From contig NW_015175988.1 in the NCBI RefSeq assembly GCF_001447785.1, forward strand, positions 328,833 through 392,832: a stretch of DNA of 64,000 nt, read 5' to 3'. The notes under the pieces are model-generated. The model was given only the letters and a program-made list of their open reading frames with translations, made no database searches and was not told where the DNA came from. Positions 26,347 through 38,412 of the stretch are shown here, one piece after another. How positions within the stretch are numbered: position 1 is the first letter of the stretch; each line of letters opens with the position of its first letter. Both the position numbers and the translations under genes were made by a program. The stretch comes from Gekko japonicus. Its lineage: Eukaryota.

Positions 26347-26553
26347 TGTGGCTCAGTGGAAGAGCCTCTGCTTGGCATGCAGAAGGTCCCAGGTTCAGTC
26401 CCCAGCATCTCCAGTTAAAAAGGGATCAAGTAGTGCGTGATGTGAAAGACCTCTGCCTGATACCCTGGAGAGCTGCTGCCTGTCTGAGTAGACAATACTG
26501 ACCTTGATGGACCGAGGGTCTGATTCAGTACAAGGCAGCTTCATATGTGTTCA
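26347..26553 (+). mobile_element. tRNA-derived SINE, second family
   Basis: A box gtggctcagtgg, B box ggttcagtccc, tail tgattcagtacaaggcagcttcat; further copies at ~49100-49290, 52160-52300 and 52895-53080. Confidence 0.75.
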
Positions 26554-26562
26554 TATACTTGC

Positions 26563-26926
26563 TGGTGTGATAGAGAGAAACAAAAACATCTCCAGATACT
26601 GGACTGAGATTATAGTCTAACAGAAAAATTTGTACAGGCAGGTAAGAAGCATTAGAATTCAGTGATATTAGATGCCAACTACTATTCTTCCACCTTTACG
26701 CCACCATAGACTGTCTCCATTTTGGTGCCAATGTTCCCTCTAAGCCGAGTCAGTGTTGGTGTGATAGAGAGAAACAAAAACATCTTCAGATACTGGACTG
26801 AGATTATAAATAGTCTAACAGAAAAAATCTGTACAGGCAGGTAAGAAGCATTAGAATTCAGTGATATTGGATGCCAACTAGTATTCTTCCACCTTTACGC
26901 CGCCATAGACTGTCTCCATTTTGGTG
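26563..26926. repeat. ~165-bp direct repeat flanking a 29-bp hAT terminus
   Basis: Copies at 26563-26727 and 26757-26926; spacer ccaatgttccctctaagccgagtcagtgt. Confidence 0.9.
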
Positions 26927-27876
26927 TGCACAGTGGTGCACTCTTTTTTTGAGCACCCATACAACTTTGTCCTCAAATTCTTCACTTTCCATTTTTTCCC
27001 CCATCCTCAAGACACTTTTTCTTATTCCTGCTTTTCTAAATTTCCCCCCAAAAGAATGCAGTCCAAGCACGGTAGCATGTTGTCTCATTCGGAACATGTG
27101 CACTTTTGAAAGTCCCACTACTTTTGGATGCTATTTCCTGCTTTTGGCCCCTTGTAGCCACCATTTCCCCTGCCAAACCACTGAAGGGCTTTTTGAGGGC
27201 TTTTTTAAAAAGTCAGTAACAGCTAATAGTGCTATAACGCTGTAGCAATTGCCATTTTTAAAAATCCTCAAAAACCTCTCTGGTGGAGGAAAATGCAGAG
27301 AAATGGCAGCTGGTGAAGGAAACTACACCAAATACTCCCACATGGATGCTCCACTGTCAATATAAATGCCTCTGTGTTTGCAGGGGCAGTGTATGCACAT
27401 TAGAGAATCCTCCCTATGTGGATGCAGCCATAGCAGCCTGTGATGCTGGTGTGACCTGATAGTTTCGGCCTGTCCATAAGCATAGCATGCTGCATGCATA
27501 ACACAAACCCTAGTTTGTCATTACATGAATAAGCATGGAGGACCTCAAACCATCCTCTGCCTTCCTCCCCTGTTGTGCAGGTTGGTAATTATAGACTTAT
27601 GCTTTCGTAGCAAACCAATATTTGTCATTACATCTGTCCCACAAATTGTAGTTTGCTCTCTTCCATGCAAACCAGGATTCCATGCCATGTTTAAGACAGA
27701 ACTTAGAATCCTCATTTGCAAGACAGAAGAGTTTGTGACTGAGGAAACTATACTTTGCATGAAAAGAGAAGTCTTTAATTACTGAGCCATGCACAAGGAA
27801 AGAGGAGGATGACCGTGCATGTTCAAGGATTCTTCCTGGCTGATTCACCTAATAGCAAATTGTGACTCATCATGCT

Positions 27877-28308
27877 GGGTGCTTTCACACATGCTAAGTA
27901 ATGCAGTTTCCATCCAATTTAGTGACCATTTGCAAGTGGATTTTGAAGAGAAGAAGGGATTGGATTTATACCCTGCCCTTCACTACCCGAAGGAGTCTCA
28001 GAGCAGTTTACAATCCCTTTCCCTTCCCCTCCGCACAACAAACACCCTGTGAGGTAGGTGGGGCTGAGAGAGCTCTTTCAAGAACTTCACTTTCCAAAAC
28101 AGCTCTGAGAGAACTTATGACTGACCCAAGGTCATGCCAGCAGCTGCATGTGGAGGAGTGGGGAATCAAACTCGGTTCTCCCGGATTAGAGTCTGCAATC
28201 CTAACCCCTACACCAAACTGGCTCTGCCATTTCACACAGTAAAACCCAGTTGCAAAATGCATTGAAAGTGGGTTGAAAGTGCATTATTTAGTGTGTCTGA
28301 AAGTACCC
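27877..28308. mobile_element. Palindromic MITE (family of 2730-2881) split by a minus-strand tRNA SINE (27945-28226)
   Basis: Arms gggtgctttcacacatgctaagtaatgc / gcattatttagtgtgtctgaaagtaccc surround a full SINE; a third copy lies at 56842-56979. Confidence 0.75.
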
Positions 28309-29936
28309 ACATGTGTCTGAAGCATGGCTGTCTCATAGCTCCTAAACCTTTTTAAAAATATCCTCTGTTGTCAATCAGGCACTTAACAGGTAACTGTATC
28401 ATATATGACACCTCAGGAACCAATTTTAATGCCTATACTGTACACGACCCTATTTATACATTGTAAGTACACCAGAAGGCTAGTAATTACATTTTATGTG
28501 AAAAAGAAGTCAAGGGAAGCCATGGAATATCCCTGTTGGCACCAGGCAATAGGTACTGAGTTATATAAGGAAATGCATGAGCATATCACTTTTCAACCAA
28601 TGACCCAGAGAAGGAGGGAGGGAGTGCGGTGTAGAGGTTAGAGTGTCAGATGAGCACCTGGTTCATAACCCCACTCTCAGCCTACCCTAACCCTCATATG
28701 GTTGTTTGTGAGGATAAAATGAAGGCGAGGAGGACAACGCAACCTGCTTTTAATACCTATTTAGGAAATAGGTAAGGTATAAGTGAAGCAAATAAATAAA
28801 TGAGCATCTTCCCCTCTCATAAATGATCGCAACTCTGCTATTCCCTCTCGGCACTCTGATGTGAAACATACTTTATAAATGGCCCCATTAAGTTGTGCTG
28901 ACATAGCTCTTAGTGGTAAACCCCATTCTAAGCATGTATGTGCTTTAGTGATACATTTTGTCATTGGGCATAAGAATCAAAGGGGGCCTCCGGGTAGTCC
29001 CCGTTTCTTTCATTGAGTCCTTTCATCCTCATCATAATTCTGCCAGCTCTCTCCCTACTCTTCTTCTCCATCTTTAATAGTAAATACTTTGTATTATATT
29101 TTGTTAAATGTGGCCACTATGGTGCTGGTTTTCTCCAGCGACTTTTATGGGATGTGACCACACCTGCAGCCACAGCTAAAGACCAGTTTGCGAACCACTG
29201 CTGGCTTGTGTTTGAAGCAGTCCCACGTTATTTTCTGATGTGGTGAAGTCCTCCTGTAGTGACTTCATTATGTTATTTGTTTTACATGGTCAGGTGTTTC
29301 TATTAAACAGCCCTCATCCAGCTAGAAATCGATCACGTCAGAGATATTTTTTTTGAAAATCAACTTTCCCCCCTGATGCAGTAACATTAAAAATTTTCCA
29401 TATGAGAAAAATACCTCATCACACAAAATATCTCATTATACAAATATGGCAGGGTAAGCTCACTGCATAAAAATTTAACTACATTTTAAAAGTAGGAACC
29501 AGTCCTTGCTCTGTGGTGATCTCTGTTTAGCTCTTTTATTGGCCAATGTCTACAGTCTTTTCTCGTTTGCTCTTGGATTAATATAGGAAAGTCCTGATAG
29601 ATCTTATTTAGTCTTTGTCTGTTTTTACAGGCAAAACATAGAGTGCCTCTCAATCCTATTTTTTCTCATTGTGTTTTATTTTCCGTTCTGAAGCGGCAGT
29701 AAAAATGTCTCTGTCTCTTCAGCAAGTGCTAATTATGGTGTGGTTCCCATTCTTAATTTTTTTTCCCTCAGCCACATATGATTCTGAGGAACAAGTGGGT
29801 GTTATGGGAAATCATCACAGAGCTGGGAAACTGTTCTGGGTTTTGCAAAAAGAAGCAACAGAAGAAGGTATGAGAAAGGTTAATGAGAAGNNNNNNNNNN
29901 NNNNNNNNNNNNNNNNNNNNNNNNNNNNNNNNNNNN

Positions 29937-30313
29937 GGAATGCCAAGGAACGGAGTTCCAGCTGGCTCCTGAGTTCGCCACGCCCAGCAGGAACTCATTA
30001 GCATAATAGGCCACACCCAACAGCAGAAACTCATTAGAATTGGGTACATTAGGGGTGTGTGGCCTAACATGCAAAGGAGTTCCTGCTACAAAAAAGCCCT
30101 GGTTTTTGGCAACAAACAAGGTAAACAGAATAAGAAGGGAAAGGTGGGTGTGGCTGGATGACCATACTTCTGGTAACATGTGGGGTGTGGCCTAATATGC
30201 TAATGAGCTGTGTTGTCAGGGGTGTGGCCTGATATGCTAATAGGTTTCTGCTGTTGGGTGTGGCCTATTATGCTAATGAGTTCCTGCTGGGCTTTTTCTA
30301 CAAAAAGAGCCCT
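29937..30313 (+). mobile_element. hAT MITE (CAGGGC...GCCCTG family), left end in gap
   Basis: Near-identical to 62822-63218; ends ctacaaaaagagccctg. Confidence 0.8.
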
Positions 30314-31108
30314 GCTAAAAGTAACTATCAAAAGATCAGAACAGAATCCGGAACCTTTTATATGAATCAGAGCTTACATGCATAAATTCATATACCAATA
30401 CAATCTGCACATGCAATCCAAACTGTGAAATACAATTGCCAACCTCCAGGTGGGAGCTGGAGATCTCCTGGAATTACAACTGATCTCCAGACTATATAAA
30501 TCACTTATTTATTTATTAAAAACATTTATTCAACTTCTCCTGGAGAAAATGGCTGGTGTGGACGGTGGACTGCAGGGCATTATACCCTACCAAGGTGCCT
30601 CCCCTCCCTAAACTCTCCCTAAACCTCACTCTCCCAGGCTCCACCCTCAATCTCCCAATTATTTCCAAACTTGGAGTTGGCAACTCTACTGTGAAAAGAC
30701 AGAGCAGGAGGGTTGTAGGATTAGCCCACCCTCATGTTAAAGACTCTTCCACATTAGGGAGGACATGTGAATCTGAGACTTCCTCCTGTACCAAAGTTCT
30801 TAATTTTCAAGATAATATACACACTGTTCCTTAATAACCACATTATCTGAGTAATTCGGGGGGGAGACCCTGTAATGTACCTGTACCATTAGGAGATGGT
30901 CACACTTGCCCCCCAGTCACCTTGGCTATGTTCTTTCTGGCAACTCTAACTACAGTATGCAGCAACTCCGTGGGGGGGAAATGATTCAGGAAATGGATTG
31001 GGGAGAATGGATGTCTTTAGATGTGGGTGAGCCTTCAGTGCTGGATTAGGCTGTGTGCAGATTTATGAAGCAATCCGCAAGTACATTCTTTGGATGGAAC
31101 ATACTGAC

Positions 31109-31221
31109 CATTGTACCAGCACATCTTTGCCAATGTTGACATTACACTCGTCAGATGTATTGGCACACAGACTTGTAGGACTCAAGGCAAAGCCACTTCT
31201 GAGTATTTTCGCCCATTCGTC
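31109..31221 (-). CDS. Weak candidate internal exon (DEWAKILRSGFALSPTSLCANTSDECNVNIGKDVLVQ)
   Basis: Acceptor ctcttctgatag, donor ATG|gtcagt, 113 nt with one open frame; unique sequence; unidentified. Confidence 0.25.
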
Positions 31222-31364
31222 CTATCAGAAGAGCACTGCATCCTCTTTGATCCAGCAGCTTTATTTTATATTTTCTCCAAACTATGGCAAAGAATTCATA
31301 ACAACAGTTTTCCCCTTTGATTAATGCTGTGATAAAAAGTCACCATGAAAGGGAGCGTGCCCCA

Positions 31365-31516
31365 GTTACCGTAGCGACTGTGCTTTATTGAGTCATTGGT
31401 TTAGAATGATTTCCTCTGTCCAGCGATTCCCTCAGGGCTCCAACCGAGCAGCCGTCTTTCCTATAATTGAGCAGCTAGGCCAGGTGACGTTCTTGCCTAT
31501 TTCCTCCAGAGGAAGT
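31365..31516. promoter_or_regulatory. Putative regulatory motif cluster
   Basis: X-box-like GTTACCGTAGCGAC (31365), AP-1 TGAGTCA (31389), reverse CCAAT, CRE half-site TGACGT (31485), ETS AGGAAGT (31510). Motif matches only. Confidence 0.3.
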
Positions 31517-32177
31517 AGGCTTAATGAATGAAAAACTCATTTGACTACAAAGCATTGGGTCGTCCATCATGAAATAAGAAAATGACTAACCCCAAATGGA
31601 AACTTGCGTGGTTACCAGTAATGCACAAGATGCTGTAAAAATCCACAGTCCTGGATTTGCAACATACTCAGCAGGGTCAGTGCCAGTCAGTAGGAGTGCC
31701 ATGTGATTCTTGCAAACCAATCCCTTCACAGGACCACAAGACACAAGCACTGGCTCAGACAATTGCTAAAAACCTTGCAAGACAATATCTCTGCCTCTAC
31801 CTCCCAGGAGAATTCCCCATTTTGCTCTCAATGCCACCATGCAAACAGAGGCATCTACAGTTGCAACAGAGCTTTCACACAAGGGATTTCCCCATGTTTC
31901 CCCCTCATGTCTGCCACTTCCCCCCAGGGCTTTTTGCCAGTTTGTTTTTATCAGCAAGAGAAATACTGCTAGAGTGTTAGGACACAAAGAGATATATCTA
32001 GTATCGATACAAAGAAAACCCAGGAAAAGCCTGCCGGTGACAACAGGAAAATGGCAGCCCAAGGTAAATGGCTCTCGATGTAGGTGATGAGGTGCAGAAA
32101 TCTGCATCTGCCCATCCACACTCTCCCCAAACCCACTTTGTGTACGAGGAAGATCATTGCAAAGCAGCTTTGGGAAA

Positions 32178-32810
32178 TCTCTCCTTATATATAATTGAGT
32201 AAGGGAGCGGAGAAAAAATGCGCACCGTCAGCCATTGGCCCGCCAGCTGCCGCTCAAGGCTGCTGCCATGCCATTGGCTGGGAGGCAGGAGGCGAACGAT
32301 GCGAGCGGACGCTGCTGCCAGGAGCCGGGGAAGGGATGCTGAAAGGCCAGGCAACGGGGCTGGGTGGGGGCCAGCGCCAGGAGGATGTGGCAGCCCCGGA
32401 AAAGCGGAATGTCAGCGAGGGGGACGGCAGAGGCCGGGGACGGCGGGTGAGGAGCTCATTCCCGGCCGGCCAGCCGGTCCACCTCACTCCACCACCTTCT
32501 TCGGCGGAGAAGCCCTGTGCCGGGGCCACCTGGCCTCAGGGATGGGGGAGGTGGCCACCATGCCCGGGGACTGGTAGGTGGCCCCCCCCACCGCACCGAT
32601 TACCGCCTCCATGAACCATGTGACGATGATCCAGCGCGGCCTGAGGCACTCACTCCAGCCAGGCACGTCTTTGCTCTCCTACCTCTTCGCCGGTGAAAGG
32701 CAAAGTCCTTCAGTGGGGTGAGATTGTGGCCCCGCCAAACGCGAGGCCTCTTTTTGGCGGCCGCACCGGCCTTCCCTCGCATGTCCTCCCGCAACGGGCA
32801 TTTCCCCTAG
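32178..32810 (+). mobile_element. Non-autonomous Helitron, GC/CpG-rich
   Basis: A|TCtctccttatatataa...gcaacgggcatttcccCTAG|T; no TIR or TSD; first 24 nt identical to the element at 37191 (-). Confidence 0.75.
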
Positions 32811-33794
32811 TGACAGAGCAAAGATGGAGAAATCCTGGAAGATTGACGATGTTTCCACACGGCTGTTTGGCTCTGCCTTGGCTTGCCTTCAGCAGTGCTG
32901 TTTTTTGGGAGCATGAGAAGCCAGCTCATTTTCCATGCTACACTATGCTGCCTCTGATTCTCCTTTCTATACTCCTCCTTTTCTCTTTCCATGTTCAGTT
33001 TTTCATTTTATATAATCCAAAGGAAGATTTATACAAACCGCTTTAAAGTACCGTTGATTTCAGTGGAAGCGGCATGCATGTGTTTCAGATCTCTCTCTTA
33101 CATCCTACTGTGCTCTACTTTCAAGGTCCTCGGGAAGGTATTTGTGATTCTCCCTTTCACCATGTTATCTTCCTAACTGCCCTGTGATGGTGGTCAGACT
33201 GTTGGCCTAAGATCTTCCAGGCAGTTTCATGGCAGAGCGGGAACTCAAACACAGATGACACTCTAATCAGTATACCACACTGGCTAGTCTGCTGTACCAC
33301 AATCACTTCTTCTTTGCCCCCATTTTGTGTAACACTGGATCAAGGACCTGAACATTGGAAATTTGACCGTTATGGGGAAAGTACATCCATGTGCATAGGA
33401 TTAACCGACCTCCAGGTGGGGCCTGGAGATCTCCCACTATTACAGTTGATCGCCATACGATAGAGATCCGTTCCCCTGGAGAAAATGGATGCTTTGGATG
33501 GCAGACTCTATGGCATCGCACCATGCTAAGGTCCCTCCCCTCTCAAACCCTGCTCTCTCTAGGCTCCACCCACCCAATGACCACATATTTCCCAATCTAG
33601 AGTTGGCAACCCTACGTCAGTCCATGTGAGTGTTGCCTCAAATTAAACCCTGAGTGTCCCATGTTGGTTAGGCTCATAGACTATCTGTTTTTCAAAATAC
33701 TGTACTGGAATAAACCTCCCTTCTCCTGAACCTTCTTTGCCAGAAAGCTATTCTTTTTTTTTTCTGTGAGAAATACCTCCAGCAGGGAAGCTTA

Positions 33795-34729
33795 TCTCCC
33801 TTGTATATAAAAGCCGAATGGTGGTGGCACTTCTCTAGAACATTCCACACGCTCCGGAATTGGTTGGTGCCCTGGTGTGTCACTCAGAATCTGTCCCTAT
33901 CCATTGGCTGCATTGCTTGAGTCTCGCCTCCAACATTCTAAACAGTTTGCTGTTCCTCTCCCCCCCCATAGCCAGTCAGAATACAGAGGTTATTTGCATA
34001 TGCAGCCTCATTGGCCTTTGCCTCGGAACACAGAGGTTGTTTGCATATGCGACTTGATTGGCTTTTGCCTCTAATATTCTAAACAGTTTGCAGTTCTGAG
34101 GTAAAATGTGTCCAATCTCCAGGTGAGGGCTGGAGATCACTCAGAATTACAACTGCTTTCCAGATGGCAGAGATCAGTTCCCCTGGAGAAAATGGTGGAC
34201 TCTGTATCCTTATATGCTGCTGAGGTGGCTCCTGTATGACAGCCAATGTAACATAGCAGTCGGGGCTTCAGAGCACAGGAGAGGCTGCAGGTGTGTGGGG
34301 GGGTGGAAAGCTGAAGAGTGAGGGGGAAATAAAGGTAGGTTGATAATGAGCCGGGAAGGAGATAGGGTTGCCAACTCCAGGTGGGAAATTCCTGGAGATG
34401 TGAGGGATGGAGCCTGGAGAGGGTGAGGTTTCAGGAGGCGTGGGACCTCAGAAAGGTACAAAGCCATAGACTCCACCCTCCAAACCAACCATTCCCTTCT
34501 GGGGAACCATCGTTGCCAGTCTCCAGGTGAGGGCTGGAGATCACTCAAAATTACAACTGTTCTTTAGGTAGCAGAGATCAGTTCCTCTGGAGAAAATGGT
34601 GGACTCAGTGTCATTATACCCTGCTGAGGTCGCCACAGCAAATTGACACTGTTTGCCCAAAGCCAGGGCACTCTCCCAGAGCCTCTTTCTAGAGATCGTA
34701 TTTATTTCCACAACGAGCCTTTTTCCTAG
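33795..34729 (+). mobile_element. Non-autonomous Helitron
   Basis: A|TCtcccttgtatataaaa...cacaacgagcctttttcCTAG|T; interior homologous to 36282-37191; includes hAT-MITE-derived segments. Confidence 0.75.
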
Positions 34730-35657
34730 TCTCTATATAATTCACTAGTTTTCCGGTGTCCCCCAATTTTTTTATTATTATCAAACGAAATTTATTAACA
34801 GCCAACGAAGAAAAATGTTTAAATATTTGATCCACGTGTCCACTTTTAGGGACAAAGTATGAAACACAGAGGGGTTCTTCAGAGTTCAGGCTCACCACAT
34901 ACAAACACCAAAGGTCCCCCTGAAGCCCAGGCCATAGCCAGAGGCCTAGTATCTCATGCCTAATGAGGGAGCTCTGTAATCTGTCATGCTCTTTGCTGGG
35001 AGGATATTTATACCAACATTTAGAACAGCACTCGTCTTAACAATCTCGGGTTTGTGTCAGTAAGTCAGATGACCTGCTACAAATTTGCAAGTTCTCTGTA
35101 TCCTGCTGTTTAAAAGCGGCAGAAATGGAAATAGCACAGCTAGCAACTGGGGCACTTGGACATTAGAGCGAAAAGGGGACAATGAGGTCCTTATGATCAG
35201 TTCCCATCATGCAAATGCAGTTAAAAACAAGAGAATACACCTATTTAAGTGAATAATTGTGCCTGTCGGGCAAACCTTCACAGATGCTTTGCCCATCCGT
35301 CTTGAACTCTTTGACCGGATTGTGTACAAGGCTACCAACCTCAGAAAGTATCTTACTTCTATCAATAGGAATGACCTCTAAATCAGTATATGATCATTAG
35401 GTTTCTTTCATGGATTGGCCTGTGCCCCCAATTTAAACGGCTAATGAATTATCTAGCTAACAGTATTAAAAGCCTTCAAATACAAAAAAGAAGACTTTGT
35501 TTATTCAGCTCTGTTAAGACACAAGACAGGCAACAGTGTCACTCTTTTGTAAATATCCTTACTTTAAATAGAATGTTCCTTAAAACATGTTTGGGATGGG
35601 CAATACAAAACTGACATTTGAGTCAATTTTGTATATATATTTGCTTTGGCTATTCAG

Positions 35658-35759
35658 AGAGACTGGATGCCTCCAAGAGTTGATAATGAGAAGGAAGTAA
35701 AGATCCAGAACATTAGAAAGAATGCAAATTTTGCTGGGATTAAAATGAGTCCTGCAAAG
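35658..35759 (+). CDS. Weak candidate 102-nt exon (RDWMPPRVDNEKEVKIQNIRKNANFAGIKMSPAK)
   Basis: Acceptor ttgctttggctattcag, donor AAG|gtatct, single open frame, phase 0-0; no partner exons found. Confidence 0.2.
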
Positions 35760-36281
35760 GTATCTCTGAAGTTGTTGTAGATTTTCCGGGCTATATGGCC
35801 ATGGTCTTGGCATTGTAGGACCTGACGTCCTGGCATCCTCAGAGGTATAACACAGAAAGATGAAGTACTCTCTGTGTCAAGGTGAGAAGAAAAATGATAG
35901 GCAGGTAATTTATATCTACACAGGAAGGTGGGGTAGGGCTGAGTCATTATCCTGTAGGAGTTCCCCAGGCTGTGACATGCTAATGGAGGAACTTTCCTGA
36001 GGAGGTTATTTTGCATATGGATTGGCTGGTTTGATTGGGGAAAGAGATAAGAAAGGTAACAGATAAGAAAGTTGTGTTGGAATAATCCCATACCTGTATA
36101 TCACAATACCCAGAATCCATCCCCCAGTTCACATCACTTCTTTCGCAGGGAAACTCTCCACCTAAATTGATATTTCACCTCAGAGTAATAGTTATGTGAA
36201 ACAATCCTATGACTTAAAATCACAAATCCAGTCCCCTCGCGAAAGCTAGAAAAGTAGTGATTTGCAGCTTTATTAAAGGCA

Positions 36282-37191
36282 CTAGGAATAAGGCCCATTG
36301 TGGAACTAAATACAATGAGCGCTAGAAAGAGGCTCTGGGAGAGTGCCAAGGCTGTGGGCACTCAGAACCAATTTGCCATGGCAACCTAAGCAGGGTATAA
36401 GGACACAGAGTCCACCATTTTCTCCAGGGGGATGGATCAATGCCATCTGGAGAGCAGTTGTAATTCTGAGTGATCTCCAGCCCGCACCTGGAGACTGGCA
36501 ACAGTGGTTCCCCATTATGGAATGGCTGGTTTGGAGGGCAGAGTCTATTGCATTGTACCTGACTGAGGCCCCACTCCTCCTCAAACCTCACCCTCTCCAG
36601 GCTCCATCTCTCAAATCTCCAGGATTTTCCCATCTACTTCTCAGCCAATCATCAACCTACATTCCCCCCTCATTGATCAGCTTTCCATCTGCCTCCCCAC
36701 CAGCAGCTCCCACCGTGCTCTGAAGCCGACTGTCACATATCTGTGGCAGTAATGGGGTGACTGCTTGCACCTTTTCCTATCATTTTTTGCCTTGTGGTAT
36801 TCTGCTGGTGTTGTGATATTTTTTGTGGTGTGGCATGATTGTGTTATTGGGTTTGTTTCTTTTGAAGGGGAAGTGATGTGTTGTGTGTGAGGACATATTT
36901 TACCTCAGAATACAGCAGGTCCCATATGCAACTGACAGTTCCAACTGTCTCGTGGGGGGGGTGAGTTTGAGGTGCGGAATGGAGTGAAGGCCAGTCAGCT
37001 TCCATATGCAAATGACCTTGAAACGCTGGCCCAATCAGAGAAGAGTGGCCTAGGCTGCAGTGGGTGGGAGAGAACTCAGGCAACACAGCCAGTGGATAGA
37101 GATACCTTGTGATTGACACATCACGGAGCCAACTGATTTTGGAGTGCATAGAACATTGTGGGACCACTACTCAATTATATATAAGGAGAGA
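36282..37191 (-). mobile_element. Non-autonomous Helitron
   Basis: Minus strand reads A|TCtctccttatatataattgagta...gctcattgtatttagttccacaatgggc (hairpin) cttattcCTAG|T. Confidence 0.8.
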
Positions 37192-37338
37192 TTGGTTTGT
37201 TATTGTATGAGTTTTGGAAGGGTAGGGGGAAACACTTCAAGCTGACTCTTGTGCCTTGAATATAGCCATAGAAATTGGCTTCACCCTCTCTGTGATCAGG
37301 AAGCAAGTGAAATATCATTAATACCTTTATCAGAGAGG

Positions 37339-38412
37339 CACACACATGCCAAAAGTAGCTTCAACTGATTATATCCCTGGTACTATTTTGTTTTGTTGCC
37401 ATGTCAGAGCCCACTTACAGTGACTCCATAGGATTTTCAAGGCAAGAGACATTCAGAGGTGGTTTGCCATTGCTTGCCTCCACATCGCGACCCTGGTATT
37501 CCAAATACTGACCAGGGCCAAACCGGCTTAACTTCTAAGATCTGATGAGATCTGGCCTGGACCAAGCCCCCAGCCCTCCTTCACTATGTTTTTCACAGGT
37601 GTCCTTACTAACAAATCCCAGCCGATCAGTGTGGTATACAGCTGGTTTCTAACTTGAACATACAGAAATGTCCCCCTCCAATCAATCCTGAAGAGAAAAC
37701 ATTCACGTGGACAAAATATGGTAAAGATGTTTGCATAAAAACTCCAACATTCCAAGTGTGTATATTGGCTGCACTCTTAAAATAACCATAATAATTAAGA
37801 GGTGTTCCCTTTTGTACCAGAGGAGAAGGCCTTTTACAAGATGGCACCACGATTTGCAAGGTGATTGTACAAAAACACACATGCCAAAAGTAGCTTCAAC
37901 TGATCTTATTATATCCCTGGTACTATTTTGTTTTGTTGCCAAGTCAGAGCCCACTTACAGTGACTTCATAGGATTTTCAAGGCAAGAGACATTCAGAGGT
38001 GGTTTGCCATTGCTTGCCTCCACATCACGACCCTGGTATTCCAAATACTGACCAGGGCCAAACCGGCTTAACTTCTAAGATCTGATGAGATCTGGCCTGG
38101 ACCAAGCCCCCAGCCCTCCTTCACTATGTTTTTCACAGGTGTCCTTACTAACAAATCCCAGCCGATCAGTGTGGTATACAGCTGGTTTCTAACTTGAACA
38201 TACAGAAATGTCCCCCTCCAATCAATCCTGAAGAGAAAACATTCACGTGGACAAAATATGGTAAAGATGTTTGCATAAAAACTCCAACATTCCAAGTGTG
38301 TATATTGGCTGCACTCTTAAAATAACCATAATAATTAAGAGGTGTTCCCTTTTGTACCAGAGGAGAAGGCCTTTTACAAGATGGCACCACGATTTGCAAG
38401 GTGATTGTACAA
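37339..38412. repeat. ~540-bp near-identical tandem duplication
   Basis: cacacatgccaaaagtagc...gtgattgtacaaaaa occurs twice with ~4 differences, all in the first 160 bp. Confidence 0.9.

Noticed and set aside
35240-35378. Minus-strand exon candidate
   Set aside because: Weak splice sites and an ambiguous frame; no supporting homology.
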